A stretch of DNA of 64,000 nucleotides from Azolla caroliniana. Lineage: Eukaryota; Plantae; Polypodiophyta. Under the pieces are notes generated by a model. It searched no databases. It was not told where the DNA came from and saw only the letters and a program-made list of their open reading frames with translations. This document shows positions 1 to 13,200 of the stretch, piece after piece. Both the position numbers and the translations under genes were made by a program. The stretch's first letter is position 1. Every line of letters begins with the position of its first letter. The DNA lies in NCBI GenBank assembly GCA_043228905.1, contig JBHGNT010000005.1:22444001-22508000 (forward strand), in the 5' to 3' direction.

Positions 1-302
1 TCAGTCGATCCAGATCCGGTTGAGCTTGCTCGCTCAACAATGTGGCCGATTCTCTTGTGCCACAACTCGATGTTTGTCTCAGTTTTGAGACCTTTGGCAT
101 ACATGGCCGATTTCATCATGTTCGAATCGGGTCTTTACCATTCGGCTCTTGCCGGGTACTCGTCATCCGGTTCTCCGTAGACGAGTACTCCACATCCGGT
201 TCTCCGTAGCCGGGTACTCCACATTCGGTTTCGGCCTCGGCTGAGTTTGCTCATTAGTACTGATCTTCTCACTTCCCATCCGGAGGGATCTGTTTCCTAA
301 CA
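1..302 (-). mobile_element. Start of an LTR (runs off the window) inserted into a Copia gag; same family as solo LTR 60429-61174
   Basis: Ends ...tttcctaaca at 302. The reverse complement (TGTTAGGAAACAGATCCCTCCGGATGGGAAG, then CCGGATG..GAGTAC..GCTACGGAGA repeats) matches the start of 60429-60730. Confidence 0.75.
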
Positions 303-1026
303 TTCTCTTCGACCAATATCATTGATTGGAGGTCGAAGAACGAAGGAGGGTTTTCTCTCTCCAAGATTGCCGTCCATAATGGATCAAATCGTTGTGCGAG
401 GCCGCCCAAGCATATACCATCTCGTCTTTATCGACATTTATGTTCATGGAGCCAAGCGAGTCGCAAATGCTCTTGATTTTGGTGGTGTAGTTTGGCACAA
501 ACATATCTTTTTGCTGAATGTTGTTCAACTCTTGTCGGAGTTGAAGCTTTTGGGCGGTCATGTTGGCGTGAACATCTTCTTCAAGTTCCCCCATGCCTTT
601 GTAGGCGTCTTGGCGTCTCGAATGTGGCTATGTGATCGTCAACACATGTTGCCAAGCAATACATAACTCGATTTGCCGCTTTCTCCCATGTTGCGTACTC
701 GGCATTCTTCGAGTTAGGTCGATGTTCTTGTGTGCCGTTGATGTAGCTCCAATACCCTTGGCCGATGAGGTATTGGGTCATCTTGTACTCCCAAGATGAA
801 TAATTGCTCTGGTCTAGCTTTTCACTAGGAAGCGAGCTACCCATTTGTGTGTTCATTTTGATGTAGTGTCTTCCTTTTTCGATTTCCTTCCTTGAATCAC
901 CTACTTGTGCTACGTAGCGGCACTATGGCATCACATAACTAGAATTTGTCGTCAGCGTTTCGAACACACAAGTACGAAGAGTCGGGTGGACTTAGTGGAT
1001 GTGCTAAAGCACACACTCTGATACCA
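303..1026 (-). mobile_element. Ty1/Copia 5' internal region: tRNA-Met PBS and frameshifted gag
   Basis: PBS TGGTATCAGAG at 1016-1026 (-). Gag pieces EKLDQSNYSSWEYKMTQYLIGQGYW (581-856) and KLQLRQELNNIQQ...YTTKIKSICDSLGS (319-594) are in different frames. Confidence 0.85.
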
Positions 1027-1454
1027 TGTTAAAAATTAGGTAATTAAGCAAGGGTTAATTATTACCTAATTATGTGATTAAGTTAAGCAGAAGATTAAGT
1101 GATATGTGTGTGAGAGGAAGAGCGAGAGACAAGTACACTTATGAGCAACCCAAGATGGGGGATGATTAACTCTATATTACATTAACATCATCAAAATCCA
1201 AAAATACCCACAATGAGGTGTATATATACAACTCATGTGCAACGGTGCATATGTGTGAGTAGAATATAGGTACAAGGATGTAAGTCCTATATTCAATATA
1301 CTTGGTAGTGGAGGATCTTAAATGTATCCCCACTTACGTACAAGTACAAAATCCTATTTAAGGGTTTATAGTCAACAATCCTAACTAGATTCTATCTAGG
1401 TAACTACGAAGTTACATGGTTGACTAAATAACTAAACTAATTGATCTCTCAACA
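1027..1454 (-). mobile_element. 5' LTR of the Copia element
   Basis: TGTT...AACA termini, directly adjoining the PBS. Confidence 0.8.
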
Positions 1455-2401
1455 GTTTCTATGTCACAATTGCAAATTCTTTCCAATTTTGTTTCATAGG
1501 GTCCATTTGCATCAAGCTTGTTGTTCTATATGTGTTGGAATGTATGATCGTCTAGCTGTAGAAAAGATTATGCAAATCCTGAGAACTAAAGGATATAAAT
1601 GTAAAGATGCAAAAGGGGTTTTTTTGGTAGTAGTAGAACTAGTGTTGTGCGAAAACATCATGGGCCAATGTTAGAATATGTGCATGTGTTTGTGAGGCTC
1701 ATTCATGAGTCATTTACGAAGTAAAGCAAATGAAGGTACATATAGGACAATGGAGGCATGATCTCCATCTCCTCCATCATCCTTGGATGTAAAAACCCCA
1801 TGTAATATGATATCCAAGAGAAGGAGAATGGTATGATCTGGCCATTTGCATAACTACTACATTGTGACGAGCAAACGATTGGTATTGCACCTAGGACAAT
1901 GATCCGAACCCAGCCTCAGGTCTGGGCGTGGAGCTGCAAGGATATGGACGAGAGGCTGCCCACCCGAAGTCATCTTGTTCGTGTTTATGTGGAGAGAGAA
2001 CCATATCCAGATATTCTCGGTTGGGTCGATAGGTTTGGCCGAGAGGCCGCTCGACGATATCTCTTTGTTTGTGTTTATCCGGAGAGAATCACTCACATCC
2101 ACAAAGAGGCTTCCAAAAATACAAACAAACAAAAACCAAGGCTAGAATTTTGCTTTCAAATTAAGGAAACGAAAGAAGAAGAAGAAGAAGAATAAGAATG
2201 AGAAGAAGAAGGCAACAGTAAAGAACAAGGAGAGATCGATCGATCCTTCGCTTCATCCCTCCTGAGAATTTATTTGGTTCGGGTTTGCTTCCTGATGAAG
2301 GAAAAGGCTCCTCACCAAACGTAGCAAGCTACGCCATTTGATCCATTTCCAGCCAGCACAGAAGAAAGACCCTTCGTGTTTCCCCCTTTCTCCTTTCAGC
2401 T

Positions 2402-5393
2402 ATGGCTTCTGCAGCCTCCCCTCCTCCTCCTCCCCCCGAGGAAGCTTCTCCTTTACCAGGTATTTATTTCTGTTCTCATTCTTTTTGATATATGTCTCCA
2501 GACTCCGTTCTTTCATAATGCGTTTCTCACAGAAAACCCTCGAAATGGTTCCCATAGTTTCTGTCAGATTTTTCCTGTGCGCCGCGCAAATAATCTTTAT
2601 TCATTTTATTACGCGTGCTAAATGCTTAGACATGAACTTGTCACTGAACTCCGTAATGGTTTAAGAAATTGTTTGCATATGGTCGGGCTCTTCCAAAAAT
2701 AGCTACTCTTCAAGGTTTTTGGAAACTTGTTAAACTGCTTGCATTTGGTTATAAGCATTGGTTTCTTGTCTTAGTACAAATAGGGGATAATATTTTCAGC
2801 AAATTGGCTATTTCTTAAAGGTTTTTGAAATTTAATAATCTCTTGTATATTTGGTTCTTCTCTCTGTAAATTAAAGAAAATATAAGGCCTCATATATGCC
2901 AAATATCTATTTTTTAAGGTTCATAAGAACTTAATAAATTGCTTAAATATGACCAGAAACATTTAATTCTCTGACTGGTAGTAAATTGATGAACAACTAA
3001 TATTTGACAAGTAGCTATTTAACAATGTTTTCTAAATTTTTTGTGATTTTGTATGATAGTGGTCATTGTAAATTTTGTCAGAAGCTACAAATATTACCAG
3101 CAATATTTGAGATGTTACTGAGCTTCATGAGACGACGGATCAGATCTGTTATGGAAGTTTTTACTTCCCTCTATCCGTTGGCAGAAAAAGATAAAGAATG
3201 TGTATATGAGTACAGTAAATAAATTTTTTGCATACGGTTAGAACTATTCTTCTTTCAACTTGCTAAATGAAGGGAGAGTGTAGGAGCTGACACTTGCCAA
3301 ATGGCTGTTTTCAAGTTTTTTGGAAATTTTTGTGTACTGTTTATGATCAAAGTTTCTGTGAGATTTGTGAAACACACAAAGCTTTAAGAATTTACCAGTG
3401 ACATTTGCCAAAAACGAGCTAAATGCTAAGAAAGGCCAGCCCAATATTTCTATGATTTAGAATTTCATAACCTAAAAAAGTAGTTTTTTTGCAAGATTTT
3501 CTGAATTCTACAAAACATTTAGGATTTACTAGTATCATCATAGATAAGCAAAGTTACAGAAATCTGAACAATATTTCAAAATTCTATGCTGCATCAGAAT
3601 TGTTTTTTTGCTCAATCATTTATATTTGCTAGAAAGTACCTGGGATTCCTTATCTTTGCCTTGCAGTAAATGTACTTCAATGATGTATGCAACTAATACT
3701 TCTGTTCTTCTACTCATTTCCTTGTGTGCTATCCATTTGTTGACAAGTAATGGCTAAACTTGCAGGTTCTCCACCAGAAGAGGTTAAAAACACACAAGAA
3801 GTAAAGGAAGATTCTTCGAAATCAGAGAAATGGGCATTTATTGAACCACAACCGATTCGAGAAGACCAAGTGAGAAATGCAGTAAGCTTTCTGTCACATC
3901 CAAAAGTGCGAGGTTCACCTATAGTTCATCGACGCTCTTTTTTGGAGAGGAAGGGACTCACTCGGGAAGAAATTGATGAAGCATTTCGACGCGTTCCAGT
4001 AAGCGTCATCACATCTATATTGTTAATTATATACACATTTGTGTAGCATACATTATGGGTGGTCACTGGATTCTGGACCTCGCATAGGTTTAGCCTGCTA
4101 GCATTTCTAGATGTCCTAATCACTAAATGACCTCTAGATTTATGGGAGTCGCATATTACAAATGTCTCTTGAGTGAAGTGTTCTCTGTTTGGAAATTTGT
4201 GTGGTGATTGTTGGTTGTAAAAGATACATTTTTTAAGTGCTATTGGGTTTGTCATATGGTTGATCTTAACATACGTCTTATCCCAAATCCTCATGCAATC
4301 TTCCATAAGTATGGTGTTTGTAATATACCTATCCTTAATATTTTGAGAAGGATTCTTACATGATATCTATTCGTGGACATTGCTGAAGATACTTATCTTT
4401 CCAAGTTGGGGATGCATATTTTACATGGTTTTAATCCTTCTTTCTCTTTTTCTGTTCTATTTTGTCAGTTTGCCAGGTGTTTTTGAAACTTTTATTTTCT
4501 TATGCAGATATATTTACTGCAAAGTTATTGTACATGTTTCTAGGTTTGTCTTTACATTGTTTATTTCCTTAATCATCTATTATTTTACACTCCCATTTGG
4601 ACTTCCGCAGGTATGTGTCATGGAGACATACTTGGCCTATAAATAAGAATTTGTATAAAATGTTTCATTTATGTTGTGTGCATACTTATTTCACAAGTCA
4701 CATGAATCTATTGATTTGTAGATGCAGTTTCATACCACCCACTAAATGCCCTCTTTTGTTGATTCAGGATCCTCCAACCAATGAGGGGGCAAGAAATGCA
4801 ATTCTTCCTGAAGGTATATAGGTAGTGCTGAAGAAATTCACACTTTACATTTCTATGTTGTACCTATCTCGTTTTGTATTATTCTACAAACGTTTAAAAA
4901 AAAAACTTTTAAAACATGCACTATAGTCCAGTGGTTAGATTCTCTTATTGCTTAGACACATCTTCATGAACCAGTTAAGTAAAGTATCATTTACTCATCA
5001 GGTAATGGTTTCCTCGCAAAACAGAGCAGATTTCTATTGATGTTAATGTCAACCCGGGAGGAAAGTTTTTAAAAGAATACTCTTCTCAAGGAGATCTAGT
5101 ATGGGGCTTATTCTCTAAACGATTTTCTTTTTATGGAGGTGCTGAGCCTGACTTGTGAGTCTAATAAAAAACCTTAAGATTACCCAACCATTTCAAGCTG
5201 TGGCAAGAATGTTGATGCCCATAAAATGGTAGGCATTGCACAATGTTTTGAGGGAAATGAAGGGAGCTGAGAGTAGGTCAGGGTAACACGTCGGCCACAC
5301 ACACACAGAGAAGTACAGATTGACGACTACAGAGGCAGAAGTAGAGGCAGAGAGAGAGATGCACAATCTTTTGTTTTTGGTGTCCTCCCTCTA

Positions 5394-5435
<42 letters not shown>

Positions 5436-7227
5436 TATATATATATATATATATATAGATATATATATATATATATATATATGATAGATAGATAGATAGA
5501 TAGATAGACGAAGGTTAAAGTGTGCTAAGGGTGTGCTCACACCCGTGCACTAATAAAAGCCACGATGACCCGTTATTCCCAACAACCTCCCACCTAAAGG
5601 CAACTTGCCTTGAGAGGAGAAAGGATCAACTAAGTTTAATTATGTACAAAGCTGAAATACAGATATCGATCCAACTCCCATCATTTGTGGGATCAATGCT
5701 CTTGTTTTCAAGTACATCTCTAATGAAATGATGCTTTACCTGTATGTGCTTCTATTTGCACGAAAGACAGGATTCCGTGCTAGCATGATACCACTTTGAC
5801 TGTCACAATGAAGAACAAGTAACTCTGTAATGCCGAGATCTCCCACCAGACGCAAAATCCATAAAGCATCTTTATATGCCTCAGTGGCAGCCACATGCCA
5901 CTTTTTCATGAGATTTCATCTCTGACAACATGGCTTTATACCATTTCTTGCTGTCCTGTCTGTCCATTGCTTCATTGAAGGAAGGTGGTATTCCAGTTTG
6001 TCACCATGACATAATCGGCTACATTATTTGCACCAGGAACAAATCTGTCAGGCTGTCTAGTAGCCCTAGATGATCTCCTAACCCAATGATCATTGTTTGC
6101 TGGCTGTTGAGCTTGCATATTATCATTGTCAACTTGCTGTCCTAGCATATCAGCAAACAAATCAGCATTAAAAGTTTGCTGCCCTGGCTATTCCTGCACA
6201 TTTGGTGGCTCATCATTATGGTCGCTGGTTGTGTGATCATTTCCAGCATCATTTTCTGCACTTGCAGGTACATTTGCAGCAGGTATTTGCTGCTGTACAG
6301 TGGGCATATTTTGTTGTCCAAAAGGTATTTCTTGTTGGAATACAACCATGAGACCTTCCTCAGTCTTTACATGTTGCTATACATGCAATTTTCCTGGAAG
6401 ATAATATCATGGCTGCGTACTATTTTCCTTTCTACAGGATCCCACAATCTAGACCCCATTCACCCTTGTCACCATATCCTAGGAAAATACATTTACAAGA
6501 CTTTGGCTCAAGTTTGCCGTTGTCGCGAAGATTTGCGTGTGCGTCTTTTCCGGGTGGGACCATGGGGGGTCTTGAACTAGGGGGCCCGAGAGGAAGGGGT
6601 TGGCACTCGATGAGGATTGGCTCTCGACGAGTATTGGGACTCAACGAGTATTGGCACCAAGATGTTTCCGAGGACAGGAAGAGGCCAACACCGTAGTAGA
6701 CTGAATGAACCGAGAAAGTTCAAGGAGTTGGAACACCAAAGGAAACAATCTTTATAGGAGGGAAAATAAAACAATGCCACAGAGGGCTTTACAACGGCGA
6801 CTGTTTAGGCCGAACACTAGCTCAAGCTAGGCGAGATATCAGTGGATATCGGGAAGAATGCATTTGAATGACTAATCATACCTGATTAAGGAATCCACTA
6901 AACTGTGATCGCTACAAAGGGGGAGAAGTAGTGATCCGTGACGACCACAACCGCCAAACACGAGCACTCCAAGCGTAACCTCAATCACCACGAGAACACA
7001 AGCACACCACTGCGCACCACACAAACTGAGAACCACATGAACCGCGAGCTCACGAACTCGCAACAATGAACACGGGCACCAAAACTACAAACGAACCACC
7101 CGAACGACGAGCACAGGGACTCGCAATGGTGAAAGGGGGAAAGCATGAACCCTAGGTTCATAAACACCGGTCTTTGTCACTTCACCACGAACCCGAACCT
7201 ACGATCCCAAACACACAGATCTTGAAC

Positions 7228-7288
<61 letters not shown>

Positions 7289-10200
7289 TTTGACATTACT
7301 GAATGGAAATATTCCTCTAAAGATCCGACATTCTGTATGTGGACAACATTTGGTAAGATCGTGGCAAGATGCATTATCTCTTTTTGAATGGGGACCATCA
7401 AGTTATCAAGAATATTGTAATTCATTTTGAATTACAAAATGAATTGCTTGTTTTTTCTCGAGTGTTGTTTTGGCATGGGAAAGAGAAGTTGAGATCTCAA
7501 TTCAATCGTTTATTTCGATTGGGGATTGTACATTTAGAAGATGTGGTTGATAATGAATCTCAAAGGTTGTCGGATTTTGAAGATGTCAAGCAATGGTTAT
7601 GTATTCCCCCAAATTCTGGATTTATTTGGGAGAAATTACAAGATATACCATTGTTGCAAGGATCTTTGTCATTGAAAACAAATTTTGCACCTTGGGTGGA
7701 TTGGCGGTTACAAGATTGTACACGTTTGTTATAGGTCACTACAAATATATTGTATTATCATGCAATGACATCATGATCTTAGCTATCTCCTTAAGCAACG
7801 AAGTTGTGGAATGTATATAAGTTAGATGCAAGGTGTGGAAAATATTACAATGTGGTTGGCATTCCCATCTACCATTTCATGCAAAGGTATTCATATGGAG
7901 AGTCATGATTGGTGGGCTCCTATTAGGTTCGGCCTTAAAGAGACGAGGACTATGGTCCAACACTTGTTTCTTTTGTATCGTTCCATTGGAGGATAGTACA
8001 CATAGGTTCATTAAATGTCCTATAGTGTGTACCATTTGGAAGTACTTAACGGACATTTGGCAAGTTTTAACCCGTTGTTGTTTGAAACCACAACAATATG
8101 TTCAAAATGGTTCAAATGATGAGATGGAGATATTGTTCCAATTTTTACATTATTGGGGTCTACAACACAATTGGAATATATGTAATGCTTCATGTTTGAT
8201 AATAGTCATGGGGTGAAAGCCTATGTAAAGAAGCTAAAAGGTATTCTCATGTGGAATTTTTGGATGTTAGAGCATGTGGGGATCATTTCCTCAAATGCAT
8301 ATTCAGGTTTTTTAATAACATTACAGAACATCCCTCTCCCTACATAGGCATATAATAGGTAGAGGAGACTAAGAAGTGTTGTAACTAAGTGGATTTTACA
8401 TACAATTAATATAATTGTGTGCTTTTACCAAAAGAGAGAGAGAGAGAGAGAGCGCTCAAATGCACCAAGAAAACCCCCAAAATAACCCAAAAGAAAGAAG
8501 AGAAGAAAAAGAGAGAAGAGAACCCTTTTGATTGGCTCCCCTCTCCCTTTTATAGTGAAGCAAGGGAGAAGGGCACCACACTTACATTAAATGAAGGAAG
8601 ATATTCCTCTCTTTTCAGAGAGGAATATTGGTCATAAATCAAGGCCATTGAGAGATCATTTCCTTGGATCCTTGTGCCAAACATGTGGCCCCTTTTTCTC
8701 TCAATCTCACTTTTTATACTCGTGTGAAAACTTGTGCACCCTCTCTCTCACTTATGTGCATGTACTTTCCTCTCCCCATCACATGAAAATTTGTGCACAC
8801 CTTACACCCTTCCTTTTCCCCTTTTCTTTTTACCTTGTGCACCCTTCCTTTTGCCATTCTATTTGTGCATGTGCCTAACTAATTGTCCCTTTTTGTGTAT
8901 GCACATTGCACATCCTCATATTGCCCCTTCACCACGAATTTCTCCCCGTTGCCGAACATCTTCACGACATTGCGTTCTTCTTTTCAAATGTGCACAAAAG
9001 CCTCGCAACCAACACTTTCAGGTTAGCATATGAAGGTGTCTTGTCAGACCACACTTCTCGAGGGATTCCTCCCCCTAAAGGTCTGTTTGGTGACCGATTA
9101 ATCAAGTGAACAGCTGTCATAATAGCCTCTGCCCAAAAACCATGGGGTAATGCATCATGAGACAGCATAGTACAGACCTTGTCATGTATAGTCCAATTGA
9201 TACGCCATACAACTCCATTTTGGGATGGATTATGGGATGTGTTCCTTTTTATCCCTTTGCTGTCACAAAATGCCTGAAAGGCCTTGGACACATTCCTCAC
9301 CATTGTCAGAGTGACGAAACTCGGGTGCCTTATCAATCTGATTCTCTAAACTTGTTCAACACTTCATCCTTGCTATGAATAGGGTGAGCCCATACATTCC
9401 ATGTAGCATCATCGACAAAAGTGACAATATTTCTTTCCCCCTAAAGATAATTTTGGCATCTGCCATACATGTAAATGTACTAACTCCAAAGCAGAAAATT
9501 TTAGCAAAACAGACCTTTTATGAGATGTCTGAGCATGTTTTCAATAAACACATTGATCACAATGCTCAAAATTAGCATAATAAAGACAAGGCAAGTAATC
9601 TAAACTAGAAAGCACTTTCATTCCAGTTTGACTCATGTGTCCCAACCAGCCATGCCACAAAGAAATGCTTGGCTGCTTGGTTACGGTAACAACATGGTCG
9701 CTCACACTAGATACATGGAGCGGACACAAAGTATCACTTCTACAACCCTGACAATATCCCTTATAGATCTTCCATTTCGCATCACAAAAAATGGTGTGAT
9801 ATCCATCACCAAAAGTATCACGTTTACTACCCTGACAATAACTCTACATCCCTTATAGATCCATCACCAAAAATGATGTGAAATCCATCATTATCTAGCT
9901 GCATTTTGCTAACAAAGCTCTTCTTGTGAGGTAAATGTCGTATATGCTGAAGCATGGAGATGGAACCATACTGGACTGCAACTTTACAGTTCCAATACCT
10001 GCAATGTCACATGCATAGTTGTCCTCAAGATGGGCAACACCATGTCAATCCCATGTGTAGTCAGAAAACCACTCAAGATGAAGGGTGATGTGAAAAGAAG
10101 CACTTGAATTGAGAATCCAAGTGTACATGTCACCATTCGTAACTGCAAGTAAAGCATGTGCATCATATATAGTATGAAGAGATGAAGATAACCATTGTCG

Positions 10201-13200
10201 CTGCCATGAGTGACTACATTTAGCTCTTCAATTTTAACACCGCTCTTTTTAGGTTGACATTCTTTCATCTCTTTTTTCGAAATCATCTGTCTTCTTGCCC
10301 TTTCCTTTCTCTTACTTCCACTTGTAGCTGTTGCATTTAAAGTGGCCCGTCCTGCCACAATGATGGCATTCTACATCTTTACCATGTAATTTACTATGGC
10401 CTTTGCTATCAGATTTGCCTCCCGGTTGTCACCTGCCCCTAGCTTGTGAAGCATTGGAGGATTTACTGGCTGCATTGTTTTGCTGATTCTTCTCTTCCAT
10501 GAGTAGAGAACTCTCTACATCAGCATACAAAAGCATAGCATTTGAATTGCTCATGGCAGTCCTAAAAATATCTCAGCTTGTTGGCAAAGTGCAAAGCAAA
10601 AATGTAGGATTAAACTCATTATCAATGACAAATTTCAAGGCAAACAACTGGCTAAAAATATAAATGAACTTACTCAAGCGAGTTGACATGGGTGTGCGCT
10701 CTTTGTGCACAAATCCATCAGCTTTTTAAGCCAATAAACTTTGCTAGTTTCACTCTTCTGGGGATACAATTCTTGGAGTCCAATCCAGATCACAAAGGCA
10801 AAGTAGAAACCTTCAATATTAAACAAAGCATCAAACAGATAGAATGTGCAAGCTTGTTCAACGCCTCTCAATCATCCTGATTTATATTTGTAGGCTTTAC
10901 ACCTTTGACCTTGATCAGCTTTGCCTACTTCTTCTGCAATAAGATATTGTAGCATTGCTTTTGCCACACAACAAAATTTTGTGCACCCTCAAGCTTCTTG
11001 ATGTGCATGAGATGGCTGCTATCACTGGTGAGCCATAATTTTTAGCTAGAGGAAATGATCAAAAAATTCAGCAAATGCAGGCGCAAACCCCGTGAACTCT
11101 TATTAGTGTGTATGGGATGTGCTTGCAAAGAACCTATGCGGGCAAAACGTAATGACCTACAGCACGTTGATGTCACTTGCTTGCGCTTACCTCTAGTGAG
11201 TTGTGCTAATTGTCACCTGCTTTGAAAATGTGACCTACTATGTTAAATGTCTCTTGCGCTGAAAACATGATATCACATGCTAACTGTCACGTGTGCTGGA
11301 AATGACACCTGCCGTGCTGACTGTCACCTGTGCTGTAGACGTGGCCTGTTCTGCCGATTGTCACCTGCTCTTAAAACGTGACCTATCACGTTAATTGTAA
11401 CTTGATCTGATACCAGTTTGGAAGGGAGCTGAGAGCAGATCAGGGCACTGCTGGAGCACACATAGAGATAGACACAGAGAAAGAAAGAAAGATCCATTAA
11501 CGTCTTTTAAGAGGCCAAAAAGTCCTATAAGACCTATAAGACCAAAGAAGAGATACATCTTAAGTGTTGTCTCGTCTCTGAGAACAAATCAAAATAAAAT
11601 AAATGTTACTACGTAAACATAAATGGAAATAAAATAAAAAGAGACTAAAGAATCTTGTTATCAGCACATGTAAGATTTTCAAGTCAGATATAATGTAACT
11701 TTTGTCTTTGAAAGATCTGTAACATAGGTTGATCCAAAATGCAGAGGTCTTTGAAGCAAGGGAAGCACATGTGATGGGGGGACATAATGGCCTCTATTTG
11801 TCAATGACAAGGGCAATGAGATTGTGGTCTATGGGGCTTGGACCTACACGCATGACAGATTGCTATTGTCTGATTTATTGTAGTCCCTTTGTTATGTGCT
11901 GGTCGGGAGCTTATTTGTGTAGCCCTTGATTGACTTGTAGATATAGTCGGAGTAATGGGGCTAAGGAAAATTGTGATTGTTCTTTGTGGATGAGTTTGTG
12001 TGGTTGTACTGTTGTCCGTCAACAACTTTTCTGCGTCTCTTGACTTCTAGCAAGAAAAGTCCTAGACATTGTTGATCCTCATATTCCATTACCTCGCGGA
12101 GTGGGTGAAATCCTTGTTTAAAGAGGCAATGGTATCTCTCTCTTATTTCATAAAGAACACTTCAGTGACAAACATAGTGCTCTTTGGATTCCACTCTCTG
12201 ATATCACAATTAGCAAATTCTTTCTTCTAGAGGTATTCCTGCATATATGCCTACCTCAAGCTCTAACTGATGTGATGAAGTTCGCAGCTGCCCTATCACA
12301 CTGCGCAGTGCATAGGATAGATGTATGTCCTTATAAGATGGCCTAATGATAAATCCATCCTCTGATGTGTGTAAAAAGTGTCTTCTAGTGCGCCATCTTT
12401 GTACCAATTAATATTTTGGGGCTGATCCACTCTATTCTTTTCCACTTTGGTCATGTTTAGATGGGGACAGTCCAAGCTATATTGGAACGGGGGTAGTGCA
12501 TTTATGCCTATGCCATGTGACTCGAACCATTGCTGCATTTCAACATACCAACAATGAATGTCTCCATGTTCATCCAGTTGTCTTGATAACACAAATGCCA
12601 ACTTTGAGTACCTTCCTTTAAGGGAAATGTTGGATACAGGTCACTGATCTGAATAATGCCTCAGTGATTATAGGGGCTGCCCCCATCTCTGCCTGGATTA
12701 TATCATGGGGCACCGATGCTTTGCGCCCTATCATGTGGGCAATCATTGACAGTAAAGGACTCTCGAAATCTTTCCAGTAATTTGCCTTGTTAAGACTCGA
12801 TCGCCATGTTTCGACTCCATAGAGAGAGACAGCTACAGAGGCAGAGATAGAGAGATGCACAATCTTTCCTTTTTTTGGGTGTGTTCACACCTGTGCACTA
12901 ATAAAAGGCACGATCACCCTTTATTCCCAACAGGAATTATCTTATGCTAGATTTTGTTCAAGTTAGAAACTACAAATATCTATAGAGGTAACATGGAAAC
13001 TTATAGCTCCATTGAATCTGTTTTCTTTATAACTCACATTCTTCTCACTTGTTTGTATAAATATTAGGTAAGGTTTCATCATCAGCTCAACCCCAGGTTG
13101 AGGTTTCACATCAGATTGTTTCTCCTCAACAGTCATCAAAAGTACAGCTAAGTGCTGGAGGACCCCCCCAGGCTGTTGTACAAACTCGCTCGTATCCACA

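Larger units (their letters stand above)
5258..12932 (-). mobile_element. Internally deleted Ty1/Copia LTR retrotransposon in PEX14 intron 3
   Basis: 3' LTR 5258-5584; 5' LTR 11419-12932 (interrupted); both end ...ttattcccaaca. PBS-Met 11406-11415; PPT about 5585-5595; flanks GGAAA/GGAAT. Gag remnants ~10300-11030; LWHGWLGHMS GAG-pre-integrase; integrase FWAEAIMTAVHLINRSP and KLEPKSCKCIFLGYG; RNase H remnant ~5620-5900. RT is almost entirely deleted at ~5900. Confidence 0.88.

Noticed and set aside
3750-4046. ORF-track ATG at 3750 as the PEX14 start
   Set aside because: It most likely lies in the intron 3' end. Exon 2402-2459 (MASAASPPPPPP...) splices in phase to the ttgcag acceptor at 3765.
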